64,000 nucleotides of DNA from Sphingomonadales bacterium (GTDB taxonomy: Bacteria; Pseudomonadota; Alphaproteobacteria; Sphingomonadales; G965227345), in contig OZ245755.1 in assembly GCA_965227345.1 (NCBI GenBank), positions 1,141,351 through 1,205,350 on the forward strand, written 5' to 3'. This document shows positions 54,648-63,081 of this stretch, piece after piece. Below the pieces are notes generated by a model. That model saw only the letters and a program-made list of their open reading frames with translations, did not search any database and was not told the DNA's origin. Each line of letters opens with the position of its first letter. Positions within the stretch are counted from its first letter, which is position 1. Both the position numbers and the translations under genes were made by a program.

Positions 54648-56258
54648 CTATCGCTTATGCAGAATCAGATCTGCCGCGCGTTCCCCTACCATGATTGACG
54701 GCGCATTCGTGTTGGCACTTGGGACAACAGGCATGATAGATGCGTCGGCCACCCGCAACCCGCCAATGCCGCGCACCCGCAAGTCAGGGTCGACAACGGC
54801 CATATCGTCCACACCCATTTTGGCCGTGCCGCAGGGGTGGTACATCAGAAAGGCATTCTGGCGGATAAAGGCTTCCCACTCGGCATCATTTTGAACGTCT
54901 TTGCCAGGGTTGCGCTCACCAGTGTTATACTTCTTGAAGGAAGGTGCCTCGAATATCCTGCGGACCAGCTTTGCGCCTTCAATCATCTGAGCCATGTCAT
55001 CCTGCTCTCCCAGTAATTCATGATGGATTACGGGGCTGTCAGCCGGGTCAGCCGAGCGAAGAGTAATTTTTCCACGGCCCGCAGGGCGGCAGACATTAAC
55101 CGCCACTCCAACGCAATTACGCTTATAGAGAGTCACGCCATCCGGCGTGAAATCATATGCAATCGGTGTGTAGGAAATCTGGATATTCGGCCACTGCAAA
55201 TTCTTGCGGGTTCGTACAAAAGCAACAGCGTGACCAATGGAAGTAGAGGCTGGTCCCTTGCCGGACAATAAAAAATTCAGCCCGTGTCGGGCAATTTTGA
55301 ATATATTGCTGACTTCAGTATTCAGTGTTGGCTGATTTACATGAACAGATAACATAACACCGGGATGTTCCTGCAAATTTTCACCCACACCGGGCAAATC
55401 CAGCGCGACAGGAATACCCATCGAGCGTAAATGATTTGCAGGACCGATGCCGGACAACATCAACAGTTTCGGCGACGCGATGGCACCGGCACAGAGAATC
55501 ACCTCCTGATCCGCGTGAAATACCACAGTCTTGTTGTTCCAAATTGCTTCGACACCTGTTGCCCGGCCCGCATCAATAAGTATTTTCCGCGCAAATACCG
55601 CGGTCCGGATATCAAGATTTGGCCGTTTGCGCGCAGGTTTCAGATAGGCTTCCGCCGTAGAATGACGCCACCCTTTTTTCTGAGTGGCCTGGGATTTACC
55701 TATGCCTTCCTGATGTTCGCCATTGACATCAGCGTTGTAAGGAATACCCGCCTCTACCCCGGCCTTGATGAAATCCTGGGTCATTTCATCTGTGCTTTTC
55801 ACCCGTGCATTTGAAACGCACAAGGGGCCTGCTCCACCACGAAATGTCGAGGCGCCATTTTCATTCGTTTCAGCGCGGTTAAAAAAGGGCAGAACATCGT
55901 CATACGACCAGCCCTTACAGCCCAATTGAGCCCAATGATCATAATCACCCCGATTACCGCGAACATACATCATGCCGTTAATCGAAGAGCCCCCACCCAG
56001 AACCTTGCCTGCAGGCCACATGTCTTCGCGGCCGCCACGGGAAGCGTCAGGCTCTGCCTTATAGGCCCAGTTATACTTCGGGCTCATGATAGCCTTGACT
56101 TCACCTGCCGGGATTTTGATGAATGGCGAGTTTCCCCATCCCCCTGCTTCAAGCAAAAGAACGCGATTGTCGCCATCTTCGCTTAACCGATTTGCCAGAA
56201 CCGCACCTGCGGAGCCCCCTCCGATAATAATATAATCCCAACAGTCTTTCATGCTCAC
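54648..56258 (-). CDS. GMC-family FAD oxidoreductase (cassette 2)
   Basis: DYIIIGGGSAGAVLANRL...LLLEAGG, GGGSSINGMMYVRG and HPCGTAKMG...VADASIMP. 80 of 126 N-terminal residues are identical to 42217-43806 by hand alignment. Confidence 0.9.
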   Translation of the reverse strand: MSMKDCWDYIIIGGGSAGAVLANRLSEDGDNRVLLLEAGGWGNSPFIKIPAGEVKAIMSPKYNWAYKAEPDASRGGREDMWPAGKVLGGGSSINGMMYVRGNRGDYDHWAQLGCKGWSYDDVLPFFNRAETNENGASTFRGGAGPLCVSNARVKSTDEMTQDFIKAGVEAGIPYNADVNGEHQEGIGKSQATQKKGWRHSTAEAYLKPARKRPNLDIRTAVFARKILIDAGRATGVEAIWNNKTVVFHADQEVILCAGAIASPKLLMLSGIGPANHLRSMGIPVALDLPGVGENLQEHPGVMLSVHVNQPTLNTEVSNIFKIARHGLNFLLSGKGPASTSIGHAVAFVRTRKNLQWPNIQISYTPIAYDFTPDGVTLYKRNCVGVAVNVCRPAGRGKITLRSADPADSPVIHHELLGEQDDMAQMIEGAKLVRRIFEAPSFKKYNTGERNPGKDVQNDAEWEAFIRQNAFLMYHPCGTAKMGVDDMAVVDPDLRVRGIGGLRVADASIMPVVPSANTNAPSIMVGERAADLILHKR

Positions 56259-56520
56259 GTCTGTATCTCCTTTGATTGAAGCTTAACGAAATTTGCCATG
56301 CGTTCTTATGAATCAGCCCCGATAAGTTATGATTGCGGCCCAAAAACCTTTTTGTAAGGCACCAAACATGCCCTACAGACTTGACCTTAGCCGACACACG
56401 GATCATTCTTGTATAATATAGGGTCGGCATAGCTATATCCGGTATCCAGCAAATAAGTTCATAGCGACAAGGCAAGAACAACTTGCCCAACATCCGGGCT
56501 CCAAAACAGGAAAGCAGAAG

Positions 56521-57546
56521 GTGGCAACAAATATAAACTCGCTGATCGACACTGCACCAGTGCGCCGGCCACATGCTGAATTGCTCGCCATGGCGGAAAC
56601 GCCAGAACATCCTGCTGACAAGAAGATGGGGGCATTCTCCAAACGAGTAATGATGGATACAACCGAAGGTCAGGGATATCAGGACCTCTGGTATTTCTCG
56701 GATGAGCTTGCTGTATTCATCGCAAACAGATCTTTGACGACCGATACCAGCTATAATTATGTTGGCGAGGGATTGTTAAAACTTCATTTCCGCACAGCTG
56801 GAAGCGCTGACCTGCAATTCCCGGACGAGGACTCGACTCGAATATCCGGCCCTTTTTGCGGCATGATGGTTCATCCTGCAGGCCTGCCTAAACTTGAAAA
56901 CTGCCTGCATTCTCCTCATGATAAATGGGTAACGGTCTTCTGCAAACCTTCCATATTCAGCAATGTTTTTGGGCTCGACACCACTGATCTCCCGCGTCAA
57001 CTGACGGACTTTGCCAAGGGCAATACATCTGATCTGTTTCGTACCAATATACCATTAAGGCCGGAACTGGCAGAAACAGTGCTCAGCTTAACAACACTGG
57101 ACCCAATGAATCCTATGAGCAAGGTTTGGGCGGAAGCCAAAGTCATTGACCTGCTGTGTGGCGCCATGAATGCCATGGAATTGCTGAATGACAAGCAGGT
57201 AGATGGCAACCTGACGGTTCGTGAAATAAAGCAGATTGAAGAAGCCTCCCAAATATTATCCGATCACATCAACAGACAAATTTCTTTGAAAGACCTGGCC
57301 CGGATGGTCGGTCTTAACCGCAACAAACTAAATGCCGGATTTAAGCGGCATTTCGGCGTAACCGTTGGAGATTATCTTCTGAATATTCGAATGCAACGCG
57401 CGAAAGAACTTCTTGAGACACGTGATTTGCAAATTACACAAGTTGCTTTTGAAGTAGGGTTCGAATTCCCGTCAAACTTTTCCACCTCGTTCAAACGGTA
57501 TTATGGTTATTCGCCAAAGCTCGTTCGAAAGATTCAACACTTTTAG
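56521..57546 (+). CDS. AraC-family transcriptional regulator (cassette 2), divergent from the GMC gene
   Basis: GTG start. C-terminal double HTH (LARMVGLNRNKLNAGFKRHFGVTVGDYLLNIRMQRAKELL...ITQVAFEVGFEFPSNFSTSFKRYYGYSP). The N-domain motif LKLHFRTAG matches LKFHFKISG of the cassette-1 regulator. Confidence 0.8.
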   Translation: MATNINSLIDTAPVRRPHAELLAMAETPEHPADKKMGAFSKRVMMDTTEGQGYQDLWYFSDELAVFIANRSLTTDTSYNYVGEGLLKLHFRTAGSADLQFPDEDSTRISGPFCGMMVHPAGLPKLENCLHSPHDKWVTVFCKPSIFSNVFGLDTTDLPRQLTDFAKGNTSDLFRTNIPLRPELAETVLSLTTLDPMNPMSKVWAEAKVIDLLCGAMNAMELLNDKQVDGNLTVREIKQIEEASQILSDHINRQISLKDLARMVGLNRNKLNAGFKRHFGVTVGDYLLNIRMQRAKELLETRDLQITQVAFEVGFEFPSNFSTSFKRYYGYSPKLVRKIQHF

Positions 57547-57856
57547 GTTCGTAGACTAAGTCCTAGAGCGAACCCCGCTCCCCGCAATTGAAATTCAGGT
57601 TTTATAAGGTGGATAAACCGCCGAAATTTTCCTTTTAAAGTGGGCAAGTTGGGACAGAATTGAGCGATTAGACTCCCGAGAACGTGAATCAAATCGAAGT
57701 GCCTCAACCTCTCCTAATTTTGAAGAGGTTTAAATCAATTAACAAGCAAGTCTATATCATTGGTATTTTTTCCATTTTCTCGCCTCCTTTTACCGAATTT
57801 GACGTCATCGTCCGCTTTTTAGTGCAAATCTGCATTTTTTGCGGGTTTAAATCAGC

Positions 57857-57966
57857 AAAAGTTACACTAGTTACTAGATTCCCTATGTTATGCCCGTGGT
57901 CCCTCCCCCCTCTATATGCATATTATAATTAGTTTAGGGGTAAGTAGTGTAACTAGTGTAACTTTT
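57857..57966. repeat. 18-bp perfect inverted repeat flanking a 74-nt AT-rich core; the right arm contains tandem TAGTGTAAC 9-mers
   Basis: AAAAGTTACACTAGTTAC at 57857-74 is the reverse complement of GTAACTAGTGTAACTTTT at 57949-66. TAGTGTAAC occurs at 57945-53 and 57954-62. Confidence 0.85.
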
Positions 57967-58135
57967 TGTTATTTTCTACGCGCACCCAAACGCGCACGCT
58001 TTTACCCTTCAATGTTTTTACTACATTATCATACCCTAAAGAACGCATAGCGGAGCCTGCACGACGTTCGTCTCTATGCTGGATTCTGTCAGGGTAAAAT
58101 GCAAGGCCCCGACGAGAATATCACGTATAAGGTGA

Positions 58136-58723
58136 GACCTGCTGCCCGAACCGTGTGGCAAGACACTGACCAGAATGGCAGGGATCAAGGCTCAGGTCGG
58201 CTACAAACGCCGCCCTGGCAAGTATGGCGGCAGACCGTCAATGGCTGTAGACAATACTCTGGCGCGCCAATTCGATGTCACTGCACCCAACACAGCCTGG
58301 GTCACCGATATCACCTACATCAAGACCTGTGAGGGCTTTGCCTATCTGGCTGTGGTGATTGACCTCTTCTCCCGACGTGTTGTTGGCTGGGCCATGCAAG
58401 GCCGCCAGACCACGGATCTTGTTCTGCAAGCGTTGCTCATGGCCGTCTGGCGGAGAAAGCCAGCGGGAAAAGTCCTGGTGCATTCAGACCAGGGGGCGCA
58501 ATTCACCAGCATCGACTGGGCGTCGTTCATGAAGCAACATCATCTGCAACACAGCATGATCCGACGGGGAAACTGTCATGACAATGCGGTCGCGGAAAAC
58601 TTCTTCAGCCTGCTGAAGCGAGAGCGTATCCGGCGCAGAACATACAGGACCAGAGAGGAGTCAAGATCACATGTGCGGGGAAGACAAGGTTTTCAGGGGG
58701 TGGGAAAATCTCACTCGGATTGA
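58136..58723 (+). pseudogene. IS3-family transposase (OrfB, DDE/rve core) relic, truncated at both ends
   Basis: The frame opens after TGA at 58133. AGIKAQVGYKRRPG...PNTAWVTDITYIKT...LAVVIDLFSRRVVGW...HSDQGAQFTS...RRGNCHDNAVAENFFSLLKRE is typical of IS3 OrfB. The N-terminal HTH part and OrfA are missing. Similarity is lost after ...TYRTREE (~58660). No terminal inverted repeats were identified. Confidence 0.75.
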
Positions 58724-60171
58724 ATGTCTGGTGCCGGTTCCTCCCTGACCCAATACATGAAGACCAGCCCAAGGGTCAGGAGGATGATTATGGAGGCGTA
58801 ACCAACTCTCTGACTATGGAAATAACCCGTAAACAACCCGACCATCAGATGGCCGAGAAATGCCGTTGCTGTCCCGGATAATGCATAAAGACCATAGAAC
58901 TGGTTGATCATTGAAGGTGGCGCAATACGCGCCATCATGGTCCTGCTATTGGTAAAGGCAGCCGTTACGGAAATGGCCAGACACGTGGATATGCAGAGGT
59001 AGGAAATTTCCGGTAGCGAGTTGAAATATGGAAATCCCCATAAAAGGTTGTCCATTGTGGCGGTATAGGGGATAAAAAAGAATATCTGGTCCGGAGATAC
59101 CGAGACTGCCAGAAAAACAGATACGATGGTCGCACCGATGGAAATTTGTATAGACTTCTTTGACCCAAGTCTGTTGTCAAGATAGCCACCGGCTATCCCG
59201 CCAAAAATAGAGAAAGGCGTCAGTATCAGAGCTGCCAGTAAAAGCTGCTGCATTTGCCAGCCGAATACCCCTGCCCCGTAGATCCCGCTATAGGCTACGG
59301 CGGCCACCTTGCCATCATTGTAAAGCATCCGGGCAAATAGATAGAGCATGATATTTTTGAACTTGCGCGCCTGCCGTATGGTATCTTTCAGTTGCCGCAT
59401 TCCTTCCCGGACCGCGCGGGCCATCGGCTTCCCCCGAGAGGTCCTGTCAGGGGTCCAGAGCAGCAGGGGAAGCGTAAAGAACAAAAGCCACACGCCCGCA
59501 AATGGCCCTGTAATCCTACTGTGTTCGTAAAGTGCCGGATTAAGCCCCAATATCGGGTTATCCGGTATGAAGGCCAGATCAAAGATACCGGTTGCAGGCA
59601 AGGCAACAAAGACCAGCATCAGGCTGAGCGTAATCATGGACCCCAGATTATTGCAGGCGATACCATATCCGGATAGAGAACCGATCCGGTTACGGGACAC
59701 AATAGATGGCAGCATGGCGTTATGAAATACTTCAGAAAGCAAAAAACAACCCGCCAGAAGCACTACAACGAACAGGATGGCGCTGACCGGCAGCCCACCG
59801 TCGGCACCCGGCATCGCCCACCAAAGTGAAATGCAACCGGCAGACATCAGCAGTACAATTAAAACAAGCCAGGGTTTTCGGGGGCCTGCTATATCTGAAA
59901 TCGCGCCCAGAAACGGGGCTATCAGTGCCACGATAAGGCCTACAACCGTGTTCGCAAAACTCCACAGTTCCTGGCCTCTTACAGGGTCGCCGATGACTGT
60001 ATTGGCGAAATAGGGTCCAAAAATAAATATGTAAATGAGGCTCAGATAAGGAGAGCGGGCAAACTCGAACAAGGCCCAGGAAAACTGCCCCCTGGCGTCT
60101 GCAACGGTATCACCGGTCACCGAGGTTTCCTGCAAGGGGGCTATGGTTGCCTTGACCATTACACTTTCCAC
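58711..60171 (-). CDS. MFS transporter, UMF1/Atg22-like family
   Basis: 486 aa, ~12 TM helices. The N-terminal FSWALFEFARSPYLSLIYIFIFGPYF...APFLGAISDIAGPRKPW resembles the UMF1 family. Confidence 0.7.
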   Translation of the reverse strand: MESVMVKATIAPLQETSVTGDTVADARGQFSWALFEFARSPYLSLIYIFIFGPYFANTVIGDPVRGQELWSFANTVVGLIVALIAPFLGAISDIAGPRKPWLVLIVLLMSAGCISLWWAMPGADGGLPVSAILFVVVLLAGCFLLSEVFHNAMLPSIVSRNRIGSLSGYGIACNNLGSMITLSLMLVFVALPATGIFDLAFIPDNPILGLNPALYEHSRITGPFAGVWLLFFTLPLLLWTPDRTSRGKPMARAVREGMRQLKDTIRQARKFKNIMLYLFARMLYNDGKVAAVAYSGIYGAGVFGWQMQQLLLAALILTPFSIFGGIAGGYLDNRLGSKKSIQISIGATIVSVFLAVSVSPDQIFFFIPYTATMDNLLWGFPYFNSLPEISYLCISTCLAISVTAAFTNSRTMMARIAPPSMINQFYGLYALSGTATAFLGHLMVGLFTGYFHSQRVGYASIIILLTLGLVFMYWVREEPAPDIQSE

Positions 60172-60227
60172 TTTCGCATATCTGAAAAAATTGAACGGCG
60201 CTTTATAGCCGCGCGGACAAGAGAGAG

Positions 60228-60247
60228 TCTAACATTGACATGTTAGA
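60228..60247. promoter_or_regulatory. operator-like inverted repeat TCTAACAT-TGAC-ATGTTAGA
   Basis: 8-bp arms with a 4-nt spacer, 57 nt upstream of the MFS start (60171). The half-sites are the same as those of the palindrome at 60501-60518. Confidence 0.45.
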
Positions 60248-60500
60248 TATCGCTAAATCAAGTCGAAGTCAAAAATGAATTTTGTATTTTTTCTCTGTTT
60301 GAGCGTTAAAATATATTGGTTCATTTAATGGATTTACGCAACACGCAATTATATTTTTTGTGAGACACATTTTATCCAATTGTTTTTATTATATAATAAT
60401 AAATTAATGACTGAAATTGAAGTTCAGACACAGAAAAGAGAGAATCATAAAATATAAAGTGAGAATTTATCGGCCTGACCCCGATATGAGACATAGACAT

Positions 60501-60518
60501 TATCTAACATGTTAGATA
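60501..60518. promoter_or_regulatory. 18-bp perfect palindrome TATCTAACATGTTAGATA (operator-like)
   Basis: Perfect dyad read directly, 159 nt upstream of the first enolase-superfamily gene, in an AT-rich 505-nt divergent intergenic region. Confidence 0.5.
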
Positions 60519-60676
60519 TAATCCCTGCTATAAGATAAAGAATCAGCTGGGACGATGACTCCGGATATGAGAAAATGCCTGAGGTGCCGCTATGTCAGGC
60601 TATTGCACAAGATACGAACAAACAGCGTTTGGGGGCGTAATAAAACGCAAAGTCCTGCCAGCATCAGGGGGTTAAT

Positions 60677-61846
60677 ATGAAAATTGCAGATGTCAGGGCG
60701 ACACCCTTTCAGGTCACTCGCTCCCGAATAATGGGCAACGCAAATACCCCTGACGGGCAAAGGGAGGATATTCTCTGCGCTGTCGAAATCACCACGGATT
60801 GTAACCTGACGGGCCTGTCGATCGGCACCTGCACCAGCCTGCAAGAGATCGGTTATCTTGCAGAAACCGTGTTGTTGGGCAAGGATCCCCGCGGCGTGGT
60901 GGCCCTTTGGAAAAGACTGACAGACAGCTTTAAAAACTTTGGCGGGACGCCGTTCTCATCGGAATCGGTGGCGCTGCTGGATATGGCCTTGTGGGACCTT
61001 AAAGCCAAAGCCGAGAATACTCCCCTGTGGCGCGCATTGGGCGGCTGCCAGACAGCAGTTTATGCATATGCCAGCGATAATTCCCTCGCCATGTCAAACA
61101 GGGAACTTGCAGCATGGTACACAAAAATGGCGCGGGAATTTGGCGTCAGGGCAGGGAAATTAAAAATCGGCCTCGACGGCAAGGACGATATAGAAAGAAT
61201 AGAGATTGCCCGGGATGCCCTGAAATATAATAGTGATGCCCCCGTTATCATGCTGGATGCCGATGAAATCTGGTCACCAAAACTGGCCGTGCGAAAAATT
61301 ACTGAAATAGAACGCTATTTTGACATCACTTTTGTGGAAGCTCCTTGCAGTCACTGGGATCACCTTGGGCACAAGCGCGTATCTGATGGCATAAGTGCAG
61401 CGGTCTGCAACAGCGAAAGGCTGTCCACGCCGGGGGAATATCTTCCGCATTTTGATACACACTCGCTCGGCGTGATACAATGCGACCTTAATCGATTGGG
61501 CATTACAGGCGCCCTCATCCTGGCCGATACGGCTTTTGGGTATGAGATCCCCGTTACACTGGCGCATACGGCAGGTAATATTCATGCCCATGTGGCCACC
61601 GCGTTGGCCTATTGTATGAACATTGAAATTACAGACGCCTCTCCACCCACAGAAGTGTTCAGCTCTGCAGGTTCCCTTGCCGACGGATATGCACATTGCA
61701 GCAATATGCCGGGAAACGGATTAGAGTTAAATCCGCAAAAGCTTGCAGAGGCGTCCGTGCCTGATCCTGTGCCCGCAGGCATCTGGAAACGCAACGACAT
61801 TTCGGACTTGTATGAAAAGAATCCTGGCCGCATCAAACACCCCTGA
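60677..61846 (+). CDS. enolase-superfamily enzyme, mandelate racemase/muconate lactonizing subgroup (paralog 1)
   Basis: ALLDMALWDLKAKAENTPLWRALGG, KxK motif GKLKIGLD, and acidic ligands in MLDADEIW, FVEAP and CNSERL. Confidence 0.8.
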   Translation: MKIADVRATPFQVTRSRIMGNANTPDGQREDILCAVEITTDCNLTGLSIGTCTSLQEIGYLAETVLLGKDPRGVVALWKRLTDSFKNFGGTPFSSESVALLDMALWDLKAKAENTPLWRALGGCQTAVYAYASDNSLAMSNRELAAWYTKMAREFGVRAGKLKIGLDGKDDIERIEIARDALKYNSDAPVIMLDADEIWSPKLAVRKITEIERYFDITFVEAPCSHWDHLGHKRVSDGISAAVCNSERLSTPGEYLPHFDTHSLGVIQCDLNRLGITGALILADTAFGYEIPVTLAHTAGNIHAHVATALAYCMNIEITDASPPTEVFSSAGSLADGYAHCSNMPGNGLELNPQKLAEASVPDPVPAGIWKRNDISDLYEKNPGRIKHP

Positions 61847-61871
61847 CAGATAAGAAATCGAGGACGAGAGC

Positions 61872-63044
61872 ATGAAAATCACCGGTTATCGCTCTGAAGT
61901 ATATATAGCGAAAATGGATCGGGAGATTGCCGACGCCAATTTGCCCGGTGGCGTGGAAATGCTCCCCGGATCTATCCTTTTTATTGAAACCGATGAGAAT
62001 ATTACCGGCATCTCTCTGGGCTATGGCGCCGGAATTGACAGCCTCTTTCATCTGATCGAAGGCGAAGATCCGCGTGACATCACCGGCCTTTGGAACAGGA
62101 TGAATGATTATCTTCATAAAGTCGGCAATGAAGGGGCAGCCTGTGCTGCCATGAGTGCCATTGATATGGCTCTTTGGGATTTGAAGGCCAGGATTGCGGA
62201 TGAACCACTCTGGCGAACCCTTGGCGCACAGGAAGGACGCGTCAAGGCCTATGCCAGTGGCCTGGACTATAGCCTCAGCGACGATGATCTTTTTAATTTT
62301 TATCGTCGCATGGCGGAACAGGGGATGGACACGGGCAAACTGAAAGTCGGACTGGATATAGACGCTGATATGAGGCGGCTGGCCATTGTAGAAGAAGCCC
62401 TTAGCATCGCCTCCCCCCGGCCCGGACTAATGATAGATTCCAATGAATACTGGTCGCCCAAGCAAGCTGTACGCTACATCAGAAAAATAGAAGAAAAATT
62501 TGATCTGGTCTGGGTAGAAGAACCCGCCCGCAGATGGGATTACCACGGTTTAAATCTGGTCTCCAGCCAGGTAAAGGCCGCCGTTGCAACAGGGGAGAAC
62601 CTGAAGAATTTGTCCGATGTCTATCCGCTGATCGCAAATCAGGCGGTCGATATCCTGAACCTGTCCGGCAATCACTCCGGTATTACCGGCTGTCGTCAAA
62701 TCGCCAATATGGCGCTGGTCCATAATTTGCCGGTCTCGATGATGAACGCCCAGGCCAATTTCATGGCCCATGCGGCGGCTGCATTTCCGAACCATAGCAT
62801 GATGGAAGTCGTTGACCCCGGACGCGAACATTGCCTGAAATTCGACAATTATATTGAAGATGGCTATATCCACCTTTCAGAAGCGCCGGGGCTTGGCATA
62901 GAAGTAGATGAGACCCGCCTTAGGGATCTTCAGGAAAATCCGCCAACCGGCAAGGGGCAGTTCCCGTTTCCGCGCAGGGAGGGAGCCGGGCGTTATCTTG
63001 TCCCGCCCGCAAAAGGAGAAGTCCCCTGGGAGCATGGCCGCTAG
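61872..63044 (+). CDS. enolase-superfamily enzyme, mandelate racemase/muconate lactonizing subgroup (paralog 2)
   Basis: AIDMALWDLKARIADEPLWRTLG, KxK motif GKLKVGLD, and canonical ligand motifs MIDSNEYW, WVEEP and ATGENL. Confidence 0.85.
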   Translation: MKITGYRSEVYIAKMDREIADANLPGGVEMLPGSILFIETDENITGISLGYGAGIDSLFHLIEGEDPRDITGLWNRMNDYLHKVGNEGAACAAMSAIDMALWDLKARIADEPLWRTLGAQEGRVKAYASGLDYSLSDDDLFNFYRRMAEQGMDTGKLKVGLDIDADMRRLAIVEEALSIASPRPGLMIDSNEYWSPKQAVRYIRKIEEKFDLVWVEEPARRWDYHGLNLVSSQVKAAVATGENLKNLSDVYPLIANQAVDILNLSGNHSGITGCRQIANMALVHNLPVSMMNAQANFMAHAAAAFPNHSMMEVVDPGREHCLKFDNYIEDGYIHLSEAPGLGIEVDETRLRDLQENPPTGKGQFPFPRREGAGRYLVPPAKGEVPWEHGR

Positions 63045-63081
63045 GATTTCAGGGCAATCAGGGCCTGATCATTAATCTGGA

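Noticed and set aside
57545-57551. AGGTTCG after AraC-2 matches the T-arm start of the tRNA (AGGTTCGAATCC) and could be attR.
   Set aside because: Only 7 nt match before the sequences diverge, which is far below what would support an att duplication.
57752-57789. A perfect AAGGAGG SD (minus strand, 57783-89) followed 7 nt later by ATG 57775.
   Set aside because: The ORF is only 7 codons long (MEKIPMI, then a stop). It is most likely the decapitated start of a lost gene. It is mentioned under the relic-region finding but not called as a feature.
57684-57932. An 82-aa ORF in the AT-rich relic region.
   Set aside because: It has no SD. The sequence is Phe/Ile-rich and low in complexity, as expected from AT-rich DNA. 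It spans the left arm of the inverted repeat and has no recognisable family.
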